A stretch of DNA of 64,000 nucleotides from Bugula neritina (lineage: Eukaryota > Animalia > Bryozoa), in assembly GCA_964035545.1 (NCBI GenBank), contig OZ037766.1, forward strand, positions 21,316,767 through 21,380,766, in the 5' to 3' direction. Positions 34,601 through 64,000 of the stretch are shown here, piece after piece. Numbering within the stretch: position 1 is the first letter of the stretch; each line of letters begins with the position of its first letter. Under the pieces are notes generated by a model. That model had not been told where the DNA came from. It saw nothing but the letters and a program-made list of their open reading frames with translations, and ran no database searches. The translations under genes and the position numbers were made by a program.

Positions 34601-37600
34601 AGTATTGCAAAGAAACTTGATTGGACTAAACTCAAACTCGCATAAAAGCATGAATCTCTGAAATGATAGAATTTAAAAACAACATAGTAGAAAATCTTTG
34701 GAGTTGTTTTCTTTGTAAATGAACAAGCATTAAAAGTATTTCACTGACCTCTTCAAGAGCTCTTCTCATAAGTTCTTTACTTTCTTCATTCACTTCTTGA
34801 ACTATCTTGGCTTTATACTGAACAAGTTTCTTTTTAGCTTCTTTGGCATTTTCTCGACCTCCTAAGACCATCTCAACTAGAGATCTCATGAGCTGCTCTT
34901 CTTCCAACCTGTCTTGAAGGTACCTGTATCAAAAAAAGATCAATGTAAAGGTGTGGAAGGATTAGTGTAACTGTGCAGTGTGTACATGAAAATCAGTGCA
35001 ATTACTTTAAAATACATGTAGCATAAAAAGATTCATTTACTAAAGGGGGAAATTTTATATAACCAAAGTAATATATATGCAGAACTAGGTGGAGCAACAT
35101 TTAGAAGCCAAATTGACTACAAAGCCAAACGTTAATATAAATACCATAATAAATATTTTGTAACTTCTAAAAGCCAATTTCTAGAAGCCACTGCATCATA
35201 ATATTGTGCATATGTTACACAAACACTCACCTAGCCATAAGCTCTTCTGTTTCTATCTTCATCTCTTCCACTTTCTTCTGATTGTCATTGATGAGCTTCT
35301 GTCTCGCGAGAATAGCATCCTCATGACTCATCTTACCCTCCAGTCTCCGCCTCTCTACCATAGCAAGCTCGGCTTCTAGATCCTTCTGTCTCATCTCTTC
35401 CTGCCACTTCATGAACTTAGAAGAGTCGTGTGCTCCTGACTCAAGAGATTCTAATCTAAATGAGAAATGGTTTTCAATGAAAACAAAAGGAAATTGCAGA
35501 AACATAACACAAGTTTGGCGAATTGCTCAAAATTACATCAAATAATATCAGAATTGTACAATACACATCTCTTATCAGTTTCATAAATGAAAAAAGCTTA
35601 TAGAGTATTATTGTAAAACAGAGAAACATTCAAAGTGAACAAATATAGTATTGAATACTATTTTTGTCACACCCACTTTTTAATAACTTCTTTTTCTCGT
35701 TCTTTAAATAGTTTTCCTTCCCTCATAATTGTTGCAGCATTCAATTTAATAGGCACATCTGTTTGCTTTAAAAAAAATAAAAATGTTAAATGCAAATTAA
35801 ATACATAAAATCAAATAAAATTTATACGCTTTAATGCTTAAAATTATAAACTTGGTACTCGAGATTTGGTATGATATACCCATATATACCCATATACAAT
35901 ATAAAACTATAGTATGTAAAGGCAAACATAAACAATTCACAAATAGAGTAGACTAGAATCTGGGTTAGTGGTGGTTGACCATTGAAGTGTACTAAATATA
36001 TAGCAAGAATATGCAAGAGTATCATATTGGGTTATACTGACAACAACTAGGAATAGGGTAAAGACCAAAAACTACAGTTAAGCTTGAATCATCTTCTAAT
36101 TTTAAAATGTTTTCTTGCCGAAATGGCAAAAGATGAGTTTATAAAAGTTTGTTTTTAGAATTTAGCTTTTAAGCTGTTTAGGGTCAAATGTAAAAGAAGT
36201 TACTAGCATGATATAATGTATTATATAATAAAGAGAATATATTGAATATTTAGCAAGATATAAATTGTGAAACTTAAAATGGCTGGCAGGGGTGATCTAA
36301 CTTACCATCCTTTTCCTCCAATCAGCCTGATTAAATGTAATAAAAACATAGCAAAAGTTTGCAACAAACCAAGCTAAACCAATTATGGATACACAAATAA
36401 GTTGATAATGCAAGAAATGTTGATAGAGCAACTCCAAAAACTAAAATAATATAGCAATCAATTTGAATGAGCACATTCAATAACTATATTATAAATTCTT
36501 AGCCTGTAGAATAATTTTTCACAAATATTATTGATATATTGCAGAATTAAAATCTAGGAAACTGGTGATAGATCTATAAATAGTATCATAATGCCAAAAT
36601 TTAACAAACTCATCCTTTAGGCTTTTTTAAATTTTAAGATACACACATACAAAGTTTCTGTCAACTCTATTATTGAGTGGAAGAAAAATTTCAATGGCTT
36701 TTAAAATGATAATTTGAACTAAATGTTTTTTTAGCTACAACTAAAGTCAAATTGGACTGTTGTTCCAAGAATTTTCTAACATAAGTATAAAAGAACTGAA
36801 TAATTTACTAAATTTCAAGTGTTTGGTGCCAAAAAACAAATACAAATTAACACAGCAGTTTACTAATATTATTATTTACCATTCAGAAGGTCACACGACT
36901 CACCATAACTTCTTTAGGCAGCGGCTTAGCTTTGTAGCTGTCAAACTGAAGCTTCTGATCTTCTTCAAGTCGAATCTGCTGAAGTTTCCTTTCAGTCTTC
37001 TCTGATTTGCTAAAATTTGCACAGGAAAACTGGTTCTTAGATGACTCCATGAGCCTGCCTTCTGCTGCTTGCCTGTTCTCTATTCTCTGAGCCTGCAGTC
37101 TATTCACTTCCTTTGGCTTTTCATATAAAGTCTTCGGAACTGGTTTGTGCTTCTGCAGTTTTGGAATCTAAATAGAAAAATCAATGTTTTTATCACAAAA
37201 ACAAATTGATGATTCGAGTTTGCATTAGTTTGCATTATTCAAGAACCGAATGATTCTTTATCTAACTTTAGGCACAGATCCATTTTCACTAAATGGATAT
37301 AGCAAATGCATTCCATTTTTAATTTAAATGCAGTTTGGATATTTAGAGAAATTACTAGTTTGAAGTTGAAATCATTATACCATCACCATGATTATACCAA
37401 AAGCAAATATTAGTTCAAGATATGTGCTTTTGATATCATAAAATGAAAAAAATAACGATTGACATATTTTTTCGACTTAACAAAAGTTGATTGCATAATG
37501 TAGAAGTGCTGTAATAGGTTAACTGATGAACTTGTACAATTTAACAAACTCTCAGTTTAATCTTTGTTAAGAGATAGCTTTGAAAATGATATTTTTTCTC

Positions 37601-40401
37601 CTTTCTCAAAATTCCAACTTCAAATGCTAGTTATTCTTATATTTCCATGTTCATGTCTGCTATCCATGTTTACAATTACATTACATTTCACTATTTCATT
37701 TACTCAATTATCAGTCTAATCGGCATAGATCTACTAATAAGTTCACAAAAATATCATGTAGTTGCGTTGTTATATATGTTATATGTTAATATTATCAATT
37801 AATACGTTTCTCTGTGCCAACTTAGAAGAGTTGCCAGAAAGCAAGTATCAAGTTATAAGCATGTACATAATAACTGTGTTGTAACTATATTCTCACTGGA
37901 TATGGTAACGGCACACTTCTGGGCCTCGGCTTAGTTAAACTAAACTCTTTGACTTTCGTCAGCGGAAGCTGCTTTTTTACTGGCGTCTGCTTAGCATCAA
38001 CCTTCTGCTTTAACTGTTGTACCAACTCGGTCAATTCTGGTAACCACCTGCAAGAACCATACTGTACTTTGGGCAGACATATCTTAGTGACCTTCTTACC
38101 ATAAGAACTATTTATAAAAAATTCTGCAACTTTTCAAACTATTGCAAGCATGAAAAATTTGCAATTATGTTTTAAGTATACATATAAAAAGCGGAATATA
38201 GTACACTAGGGTATGTGGCAATATTTTTAAAGTTTTGGATGTCCCAGTCTAGAAAGTAACTAGTCACTATTGTTCCTTGGATGCATATCTGATAGGATGG
38301 GAGATGACTCTTATATTCATTTTGAAAACACTTTTACTCTTATTAACCAAAGATTAGTATGAAGTATAGAACAATATACATGTAATGTTCTAACTATAGA
38401 CAAATATATGTAAAAACATCATAAATGACACCACAGCAGAGAATTTGTAAACTATGAATAAAGGGAAACAAATAAAACTGGCAATCATATAACAGAAAAA
38501 GTCGGTAAGTATAAAATACAATATTGTATACCTTAACAAAGGAGAGAGAAGAGCAGTTTGGACAAAAGCAACGTCGTAAAGTTTGCTCCATTCATCTTTA
38601 ATCCAACTCTTTAAACTTGACTCATTGATAAAGAAATTGAGAAACTAGTAATAGAGCAATAAAATAATATAAATTAAATGCAAATTGAAAAATAAACATA
38701 TGAATGGTCAGTTTTCATGTCACAAAAAGTAAGTGAGCGCTAAAATTAGAATAACACTCAATTACAAAACCACTAGTTGTTGCAAAAAATTTTCAATCAA
38801 AATTGCTCTAATTTTGCCTGAACAGCTGCTATTGCAGTGAAATAAACTTAAATTTTATATAAAAAAAATAATTAGCTACACTCTCTCATAGACAGTGCTA
38901 AAGTGGAAGTACTTTTTGGACATAAAAGCAATGACAATAGCAGTTTACAAAAGCATAGAGTATGTTGAACTTTATCTCTCCTATTATATGCTTCAGCTAT
39001 GCTATCGTAAATTTATAACACATACAAAGTAGCTTACATGTACATTTGCTTACAAATTTACACCCAATTAACACCAGTCCAACACACATATAGACACACC
39101 ATCCTCAATTACTTAATTTTACACTTCAGTAGAGGTATGCAACTGAAGCAAAAATATACGAGTGTTTTATATATGCTGTAATAATCAGTATAATGCACTT
39201 ACTTTGTACATAATATTAAAATCTTGTGTTCGAATGAATTTACGAAAGTGAGGCATCCCTAATTCATCTAGTCTAAACAGCGCCAAGTATGTGATAACTG
39301 AAACAATACAAAATTAATCAAGTATAATTAAATAACAATTAACTTTCAGCTAAAAAAACTCAAAAATGTAATTAAAGATAAGCAGCAAGCAGTTATAGTC
39401 ATATTGCAATTGCTTAGTATAATCGCAGCTTAATTATCAGCATATACAATAAAATGACAAAAATCTATAACAAACCATACACCAATAAAGAAAAAGCTCT
39501 AACCTTTTAGTAGGGTTTGATCTGAAAGTGGAACACCTCTGCCATGTGTGTTATAGAAGGGTTCGGTTACAACCAGAGATATGTTCATATATCTCAACAG
39601 ACCTGAGAATACTTCAGACACAAAAACAGCATCATTGTCTTTGAGATTCTAAGGAAAATACATAATTGAAATGTACAGATAGCTAGACTAACATTACCAA
39701 CGTTGGTTTCTGAAGCGAGATTAAATCTTATAGATAAATAGCGACAGAATCTGTTAAAATATATGGATAATATTAAAATCTCAAGAGCACAGTTCCCTTA
39801 TACTATGAAGCCAAATAAAATTGCACAGAAACAATATATAAAGGTGACTAATTTTCAATTTAATGTAGATGTTATGATAATATGCTAAAAGAAGTCTAAT
39901 TCTTATAAGGTTTTGATGTGATCACCAGCAAAAAAATTTACAATAGTTAAATGAACATATGTACACTTGAATTGAATGTGCAAGTAATGCAATTAGATAG
40001 ATCAAATGTAATATACAGCATACATTTGTTATATATGTCTACAAGGAACATCAAAGAAACTAATATGAGATTCAAACAAAATTCCGTTAAAAGTCAAAAA
40101 TGTTTATAAACACATATCATGTATAAACAATATTTCAATGTCATGAAAACATCTTGCATATGGCAAAACATTTGTATAAAATTAATTTTATTTTAGACTT
40201 GAAGCTTTATTGTACAAATTGCACTTGATAAGAACAACAATTTTATTTCCATAAAAAATAAGATATATAGGCCACTATTGTTTGTTAAGTATTTACTTTA
40301 GATGACAGATAGTCTTTCAGGTGGTCTTCAGGTGACAGGAATGAATCTCTGTATGTGTTGACAATGTCCACACAATAATATATTAGTTCTTCGTGATTCA
40401 T
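31681..40401 (-). CDS. CFAP99: cilia- and flagella-associated protein 99; 13 coding exons
   Basis: Exons 40401-40297, 39648-39504, 39297-39203, 38644-38532, 38047-37897, 37167-36904, 35765-35677, 35455-35231, 34923-34749, 34503-34363, 33835-33672, 33332-33146, 31842-31681. Recognised motifs YLALFRLDELG, WIKDEWSKLYD, FSLTKPRPRSVP, IKLNAATIMREG, DSSKFMKWQEEM, ERRRLEGKMSHEDAILAR, MSIAELRERLALLK; coiled-coil C-terminus. Family call from memory, not a search. Confidence 0.85.
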
Positions 40402-41779
40402 GGTCTACTGTTTACCTGATGTACCTGACAAACAAGATAGTAAATAGAATAAGCATTTAGTTAATAGTGAGTAACAGGAACAAGTGGAAAAATATCTAGA
40501 CAATAACTAGACTCTATGATGCCATTGTATGCAGCTAATTTTAAAAAAAAACCAATTACAGAATTTCACATTGAAGCTTTGAGACAAAACGCAAACACTT
40601 GATTTCTAAAACCCAAATGAATAGATAATTTTAATTTAATACTATCAAACAATTTAAATTAAAACCCATTTTATATTAAGGTTACTAGCAAAAGTTTTAA
40701 AAAGCTATTCACTTAAATTTTTCAATATCATACTGCACACACAAACTTGTATTTAAATTAGAGCTAATTAGGCTGCTAAATTGCCTAACTATTTTTCTCA
40801 ATTCTGTATGTAATCTTTTACGTACAAATTATATATTGAATTGACCAGATCAAACGTAAAATTGAGCACAAATCAATGTAAGTTTACCCAACTCTTGATT
40901 AGATTGACCTGGACTTGAGAGTTTTTATTTATAATATAATATGGTTGGCCATTGATTTGACTTTTTGCAACTTTGATCCATATCTAATTATCGCAATAAA
41001 CAAAATTTCAAGCCAACGGGCATATACTCCTATGGCATACGATGACATTGATGTTTCAATTTAGACTTCTTAGAGTTTATACCTATATCAATGTTGCAAA
41101 CTTAGTTGTAGTGTATAAGCTTATATGACTTTATTCATTATCCCTATTTTTAGTTAGCTTTAGTAATTATTCTTATAAGCAAAAATAAAAATACAGATAA
41201 GGTACTACCTTCTTCCACTTAGTATAACCATTATTCAGTAAATCAATACCACTCTTTAAGAAAAACCTCATCATTTAATCTAGCTCTTACGTTTAGTTTT
41301 AGTGAGTAACTTACTCTTAGTCTTACTATTAGTAATAACTCTAAGTCTATAGAGCAAATTTATGAGTTATGACCTATGATTATCATTATGATCAACATTA
41401 TTAACTATAAGTGATTATCAATATTATAATTTAAATTATTATGATTATAAATATTAATATTAAAATCAAAATGAGCATCGTTTAAAAGTTAGGCTAACAA
41501 CAACTATGACTATTTTTAATTTTAACTTTTTACAAGTATACATATTTATTTCCTAAATTCAACTTTTACTATATATTTCACATTTTACTTCAACTTCAAC
41601 TCAAGACTCGCATTCACTCTCAGACATTCCGACTGAGACTCTCAGTCTCACTAGTCAGTGTCACTCACACTCTAAAATTGTTAAAAAGTTTATCATTTTC
41701 ATTTTCATTCAAGCTTAATGATCAAAATTAAAAATAAAATATTTTTATTTAATGGAGCAGTTAAAACTCAACACTAAAT

Positions 41780-42020
41780 CCCTTTAATAGATATTTCTAC
41801 AGCTACTTTGTCACTACGGGTAAATACTACTGCGAAGATTCTCGTGGGCGACCATATTTGTTTGCGATAACAACGTAATTGACAAATGAACCCGATGGTT
41901 TATTTAGTACAAGATTTCGTCGCCAATTTTGTCGACATGTAGCACAGATGATCCGATGTATATATAAGCACAATTTTGGTCTGTTATCAATGCGCAGGCT
42001 TGAATTTGTTAGCTTCCTAG
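41780..42020. promoter_or_regulatory. probable bidirectional promoter core of CFAP99 / TMEM184
   Basis: Local CpG-enriched patch between head-to-head genes, with a degenerate X-box-like GTTTGCGATAACAAC near 41860. Confidence 0.4.
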
Positions 42021-42027
42021 ATTCTGG

Positions 42028-44422
<2,395 letters not shown>

Positions 44423-46867
44423 GATTCTGGAATTTTTGGCATTAGTTACTTTTAGTAGTAGCCGTACTAATAGCTTCTTAACTAACTTTGAACTGTTTCT
44501 ATTAGTTTCTTAACTATACGGCTTTTATATGCAAATGGTTGTATTTTTGCGCCATTGGGTGTTACCAGAGTGTTCTTATCTTTGCGAAGTGGGTTACAAT
44601 GCTATAAGTATAAGTATCCAGATGCCATGGACTTATAGTTATACTTATACTTATAGTAATAGTTGTAGTTGTTTGCACTTGCCTCAGCCGTTGCCTTAGG
44701 TTTAGCTGTTGGCACTTGCAGTTTGAGTTTCAGTTTGAGTTATTGTTAGTGTTACTGACTTACTCTTAGTGTTACTGGCTTAGCAGTAATACTTAAACTT
44801 AATGTTATACTTATACTTATAGTGATAGTTATACTTATATTTAATGAACTGACGAATGCTATATTACTAATACTAATAGTAATACTAATTACTAATAGTA
44901 ATACTAATAGTGTAATACTAATAGTAATACTAATACTAATAGTAATAGTAATAATAGATATAATACTAAATCTAATACTTACACTTGCCACTGGCAATAG
45001 TATTAGTTGCCAATACCAGTAATATTAATAGTAAATGTAATGCTAATAGTAATACTAATACTATCACTATTAGTATTAGTAATAGTGATACTTTTTTCAA
45101 AGTATCAGTATGAGTTTGGTACCCGTACTCATAGTCATACTAATTAATTATAATATCAATTGTAATATAATCAATATCAATATGAATATGAATATCATAA
45201 TCAATATGCATAATTAATAAATTATAATATTTACAGCTTCTAGAGTCAACATGTTGTTTTCATTGTATCAACACCAAGTACCAAGTAGTGATTACTCATA
45301 CTGATACAGGTCATGCTCATATTCATACTCATACTGATATAACTTTAAATTATTAATAACAAATATTTGACAATGAATATCAATATGATAATCATGACCA
45401 TAATCATTAATGATAACCGTTCTGATTCTCAACTCATTCTCACTGAAAGTGATTCTGATTCTCATCTTCATTTTAATTCTCTTTCTCTTCCAGTCATTCA
45501 AATTCTCATTCTGAATTGAAACAAAAACGAAAATTAAATATAAAATTGATGTAATTGTAATTAAATTTAATATTATGATCATTCTTATTATTGGATAATT
45601 ATAATGATCATTAATGATTAATCAATACTTTAACTTACTGTTATACTATGTAGTATTCAATTTTATTAATGTTATCATTTATAATATTAATTAATATTTA
45701 AAATATAATAATTATATATAATACCATGATAGTATAATAATTATTATTATAACACTACTTTTAGTTTTCAGTAAATATAATAAAAGTAATTCAATTAGAA
45801 TTATTAATTCTAATTGAATCAAGTCAATTACGTTAAATAATCAATCCTAGCTAATACTTCAGTTTAAAGTTATAGACTTGGTTGATTAGTTTATTCATAT
45901 TAATAAAAAATTATGAACTTGTAGTTAAATATAAAATTATCAACCATCACTTCAAAAATTTTGTACATGAATTATTAAATTGCTAATGTAGACATTGCTT
46001 TGGCTATGTGTGTGAAATTGAAGTTGAATACTCTATATTGATCGATTTATAATAATATTATTATAGGCATAATTATTAGGATCAATATTTATGTTACTAA
46101 TATTTATGTTATTGTACTTATTAATATATTGTATTATTTTAGTTATCTTTATAAACTTGAATATAAAAATTTTAATTTTATAGATACAATATAATTTAGA
46201 TTTTAACTTGAAACAAAACCTATAGTTTCAGTTATACTCGTAGCTATGGTAATACTTGAAGTAGTACTAAAACTTGAGGTAAACTTCAAATTAAAGCCAA
46301 GCTGAATGAAATAAGTTTTACATAGTAGGGAGCTTAGACTTAAGGCAAAGGGTATTAATGACAAATTAAGTTTATCAACTAGAATTATTATTATTTGTAA
46401 TAATCATCATTGAAATTATAATTATATTCGTATCGGCGTAGTCATCTGTGTCATCAAATGAGAATTAAAAATATTTGTGATAGGCCCACCTATATCACTA
46501 ACTATGATAGTAATCGTTCGCATATACAAGTAGTATAGCAGTCTATGGTTTTAAAAAATTAATATGAATGTTGAATATTTATGTTTGTTTGGTGTGTTCA
46601 GCAATAATTTGTATCAGTCATGTTGTTCACTAATTAACCATTTCCCTGAACTTTGGTTTGCTGTAAAATGGAGATTAATTGTTGGATTGTTATAAAGTCT
46701 AGATATCATGAAGAATGGTGAAATTTGAAGAACATCTAGTTTTTAATCTGTCCGTTATTTTGAACAAAATATAAGTATAATCTAAATATCTTTTATACAT
46801 TGGCTAATTTTAACTAATTTTTGTTCGTTTTGATAGATTGTAGCAATTAACTTGTGGTGTAAATTCA

Positions 46868-59571
<12,704 letters not shown>

Positions 59572-60760
59572 AGCAGTGCAGCTTTCAGTACTTAAATGTG
59601 GTATTGTTACATCTAGTCAATGTCAGGGTACGCAGCTGTCTGCATCAGAGACTTTAGCCTTGAGTATCACATTTACTGTGAATCTACATACATTATGTTA
59701 CTGCCATTAGAGATCTCACTATATTCAGACAGTGGTTCACACCACAATATACCAATTCCTTAGATGGTCATGTGTAGCTTATATTTGTGCAATGAATAAC
59801 AACCAATAGCGTCCAGGCTTGCAGTTTTTGGCTACCAGATGCCATATAGCTGAAACCAAGAAGACTTGGTGATTAATTGAGACTCAGGATTTAATCATTG
59901 TATTTCATTGCATCTGTGACAGTGTTCAGTGTACATTGCTAACTTGTTAGTTGACATTGGTTATTGAGCTAAAATTCAATTTTAGTCCAAATTTATGTGT
60001 TATTATAATGGTCATAGCAAGCTGTGTTTTGACTCGGCTTGCTATTATGGCCTTTTATTACTGGTTTCATAGTTGAAGTATTTTTAAAAGTTGTTGGTTT
60101 ATTTTGAAATATCGTGTTTTTGTATCTTCTCCCAAAAGTTCTATCTTGATACTGGTAGAATACTCTCATACCTCTCTTTAATATTATATCTTTTCCCATA
60201 CTGACATGTCACTGTTATTTACTTCCATCATGTCTTATGATGATCAATCCTTGTATTGTGCATACTGTGTATCATTAAACTATTTTATTATAGCTATAAA
60301 TCTGTCAGTTGTATAGTATTTATTCTTATGCTTATGGCATTAAACCCCAAGTTGTGATACTGGTATGTTTTGTAAAATTCAAAATAATTTGTTTTATATA
60401 TGCTAATAGATTTCAAATAAAATCTCGTCTAACTTTGGAACTCTAGGAAAATGGTCCTTGTTAATACATGTGGTATACTAGTTATAATGTACTACCTACC
60501 ATTAAACAAATCTACTAATTCAAAGCAAACAAAAATGTACATAATTAACCAACAGAATAAAAGGAACTAGAAATCTTGTTCCTTTTAAATTTAATCTCAT
60601 TAGTTTAATAATCTCATTCAACTGCTTCTTCCAAGTTATTTACAGTATCTTAGATAGTAAATGTTATGTACTATCTTCAATAAGGTGTGATATCATGAAC
60701 AATTTGAACCTATGGTTTGTCAACCATTATACACCATCCTCCATATCCACTAAGTTTTAC

Positions 60761-61261
60761 CTACACATGAATTATTTCCACAGGAAAGCTGCAATTTGTT
60801 TTCCACGCTATGTTGGCTGAATGTTTATATGTGTATGGATACTGGTGACTAGTCAGGGTTCCATTGGCAGGAAGTCGCCCTTGAGGATACATTATATGTT
60901 CGCCACACACTGGGTTGGGCCTTTGTTTCAGCATAGCAAGCCCATAATCAGTTGGGTGATTGTCATTAACCTTTCCATACAGAGGTTTGCAGGTGGTGGG
61001 TAGAGGTTTGGCAGAATATTGTAGAGGTTGTTGTTGGTCTACTCTAGTATTGCTGTTGTGCCACAAAGAGGGGGACCAGGTCGGAATACAGTCAATAGTG
61101 GGAGCTGGAGCTAAACTGCTCGACCAAGTCATTTCTAGGTCATCGGAACTTTCATAAATTCTCGGTTCACTGTTAATTTCATCGCAGAGCTTCTCCTGGG
61201 AAGGGTATGAGCCTCGAGCTAGTTCACTATCAACACCAAGCTTCGAGACATCCATGTTTGC
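60761..61261 (-). CDS. probable late exon of an unidentified gene convergent on TMEM184
   Basis: About 500-nt GC-richer open frame after a good acceptor (attttacag, 61262-61263); Pro/Ser/Gln-rich, no recognisable domain; ends at TAG or at a gtaggt donor. Confidence 0.5.
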   Translation of the reverse strand, partial: ANMDVSKLGVDSELARGSYPSQEKLCDEINSEPRIYESSDDLEMTWSSSLAPAPTIDCIPTWSPSLWHNSNTRVDQQQPLQYSAKPLPTTCKPLYGKVNDNHPTDYGLAMLKQRPNPVCGEHIMYPQGRLPANGTLTSHQYPYTYKHSANIAWKTNCSFPVEIIHV

Positions 61262-62195
61262 CTGTAAAATGAAAGTTACTATACATGCAGCTATAGCAGT
61301 ATACCCATCATACATTGCAATGGAGCATAATATTTAGCACTACATAACTATCAACTTCACCACCTAACAATGCTACTAATTACAGAGGAATTGTGAACAA
61401 AATTGCTGCATTAGAACATGGAAATTTATTGTTAGTGTGCTAATCTCTTCTAAAATGCGTTGCTATAAGGAGCTAAGGAGGTAACATTTTTCACCAATAT
61501 GGCTACAATGCCTGGCACAGATGTTCCTATTTCATTGAAAAATATTAACTTGGGAAAATATGAAAAATTTTGAAAAACACTCAGGTGAGTTAGTAACAAA
61601 ACATATTATTCTAATTTTATTATAACCAATCATCATGATTTACTTCTCAGCAAATGCTAGATGCTTATTAATTAACTGGACATGGGAAAATAGGCGTCAT
61701 CAAGACCCTCAACCTGTCACATTTCGATTATTTTAAAGTGAGTTCATCATTTGGTTCTGTCAAAGACTAGTTCCAAGATCTGACAAATAATCATTAAATA
61801 TGGGCACATTAAAGGTGCATAACAATGCGACTTGTAAATCAATTTGGACAATGACAGCTAATAAGCTGAAGTTCATAAATGACAGTTATCTAATACAGTT
61901 AAATTCAGCTACATAAGTGTAGGATGGGAAGCTCACTAAGGCATTTGCTAGTGTTGGACCTATTATATAGACATGATAAAGAATAGATTAAAAGAGCTCA
62001 TTGTTTCTTGTGATTTTTCATGTTAGCAGAATTCAACTTGATGATGATTGGGTTTTGATAAAAATAAGGTATACCAAAATACTGGAGGAGTGCAAAATTT
62101 CCATTTACAGACATATTATATCTATTAATGTTCTCATTATGTATAGTATTGTAATTTTAGAATATACATATAGTGTATGTATATAATGTTGTATT

Positions 62196-63986
62196 CAGGG
62201 ATGTAGTGGTACCCATACGGTCCCATACGCCGTATGGCCTAGAAGAAAATAGGCTGTTCTTGGCCATACGCCCGTATGGGCATATATTTTTTGAAAGTGT
62301 TACTGATTAGTGCACAGGATAGTTAGGGCATCCTCACTGAGAACATCATAAATTTCGCTCACAATCTAGTTTAAGTTCTTGTTATGCTAATGCTATGTGG
62401 GTGGCATGCGTGTTGCCTACTTGTGATTGTTTAGCCTGAGATTACACTATGAATAATAAGCAGCTATCAACATTCCATCTTCTCATCTCTACGTATTCAC
62501 TGAAGCGCGAAGTGCTGCGCATTAGTGATTACTAAGGAAAAAATATTTCATTTTCAGTGTATAAATCACTAATTTTTAGAAAATCTATGAAGGCTATTGA
62601 AAAGATAAAAAAGTTTGCTATGCATAAATTTCTCAGGTTTTCGACAGTGTTTGTTTTATTTGAATACTATGCTTTCCTGCTGAGATATTTGGCAGGGATT
62701 GAAAAATAAACTTTTCAGGTAAAATTGGCCAAAATAGTAGATTTTTGTCTATAACCTTGCAAAAAAAATATTGAAAATTCGAAAAATCAGGTGCTCTGAG
62801 GAACAGGAAGATCTAAAACATAGTTTTTAAATTTTAACTCTAGCACAATTAAGTATGGTTTTATTTGGCGGGACTGAATTCTTATAATATACCAATAATG
62901 TGGCCTCAGCAAGGCAGTGTCAGCTAGAAAGTTGCCATTATTTATCTTGTGTGGACTTGCATTTTGTCAATAAGCAATGAAATTTGGAAAAAAAACCAAC
63001 ATGAAATCCAGAAATAAAATCAAAATGTCTTCAGGAAACAGTACCAGGTGTGTAGGAGAGGTTAATGAAAATTTATCACTGAGGTCTACAGGTACTATAT
63101 CCACATTTTGGTTGCGTTATTCCATGTTAATTATCAATGCAATGAGGTTTTGCAAACTGTACACCACCATAAGTAACCTTTTATGTTTGATTGTACTAAC
63201 CTCTGGCTTTACATTTAATCATCTTCTAGGTTAACACATATTGAACCTGTCAAATTTGTTCTTTTGGGTATATTTCCTTGATGTGTCAAGTGGAAGCTTA
63301 GGGGTGTTTTACTTTAAAACCAAGTTAACATACTCTTCTTTGGTGTGCTTTATTGTGTGCAAGGAGGTGCGGTGGTATCTCCTTATGGATTAGACTAGTA
63401 TACTCTAATAAACTCCAACTAGGTTTTCAACCAATTTCTGCTTGCCAATGAGTTATCAATTCAAATTGCTCTTTATAAATAACCAACACACATTTTCTAA
63501 TTTGCAATCTTCCTCTGTTCTGTTCTATAATTCTTTTTCTGTGCACGTCAGTGTATTAGATATTTGAAGTAATCAGGTTACATTTGGAGAGCACTTGTTA
63601 CCTGTCTCTATCCTTCCATCTTTTTGAGATCTTCAGCAATTTTTCTGTACAGGTTGGACTTAGTGTCAATTGAGTAAGACTACATTTAAAATTACAGTCA
63701 ACAGGTATGGGACAATACTGAATATTTATATAGTTTGCAGCTTAATGCCCAGTCGTCATGTAGCTGGTATGGTATGAAAATAATAGTGAGGTGCACATTT
63801 CAACACAGATTTTTTTCAGAAGAATTAGAATTCACAATGGCTTTAAATTGCATAAATTTGCATCAGAAGCGCTCTGAGGGCTTCGGCGGCCGGGGCGCTG
63901 CCCCGGACCCCGCCGGGGGCCTGGGCGGCCCCCTGGACCCCCGGCCTGAGAGTATGGCCAAGAATATTTTTGCCACTACATCCCTG
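62196..63986. mobile_element. non-autonomous hAT-type DNA transposon, 1791 bp
   Basis: Perfect 14-bp TIR CAGGGATGTAGTGG / CCACTACATCCCTG; 8-bp TSD GTTGTATT at 62188-62195 and 63987-63994; repeated subterminal CCATAC/GTATGG motifs; GC-rich subterminal patch 63876-63947; no intact transposase. Confidence 0.92.
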
Positions 63987-64000
63987 GTTGTATTATATAT

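Noticed and set aside
63602-63679. Exon-like segment as upstream exon of the 61-kb ORF
   Set aside because: Lies inside the hAT element, and its only open frame is out of phase with the 61261 acceptor.
63876-63947. GC-rich stretch as rRNA or structured ncRNA fragment
   Set aside because: No rRNA or tRNA signature; explained as hAT subterminal sequence.

Overview
AT-rich (roughly 30% GC by eye), intron-rich animal DNA, invertebrate-like; most ORF-track entries are single exons or microsatellite artefacts, so genes were rebuilt by hand from GT-AG junctions and reading phase. Host genes: a highly divergent semaphorin-like gene (- strand, 30167 down to at least 17170, 3' part not found) with a perfect RFX X-box upstream; CFAP99 (- strand, 13 coding exons); TMEM184B-like (+ strand, head-to-head with CFAP99) with a duplicated pair of 91-nt, probably mutually exclusive exons and a candidate 6-nt microexon; and one orphan - strand exon at about 61 kb. 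Mobile DNA: an intact 17-exon, about 753-aa Kyakuja-Dileera-Zisupton (KDZ) transposase gene lying tail-to-tail with a chromodomain gene, possibly inside one element larger than 12.9 kb whose end may be at about 12870; a 4.56-kb Kolobok-type element (TTAA TSD) in a TMEM184 intron with a THAP gene lacking DDE and an intact KolX/P2X7-ballast-like gene; a 2.4-kb foldback element with 8-bp TSD in the CFAP99/TMEM184 promoter interval; a 1.8-kb non-autonomous hAT; two related solo LTRs; several micro- and minisatellites. No rRNA, tRNA or CRISPR array was seen.
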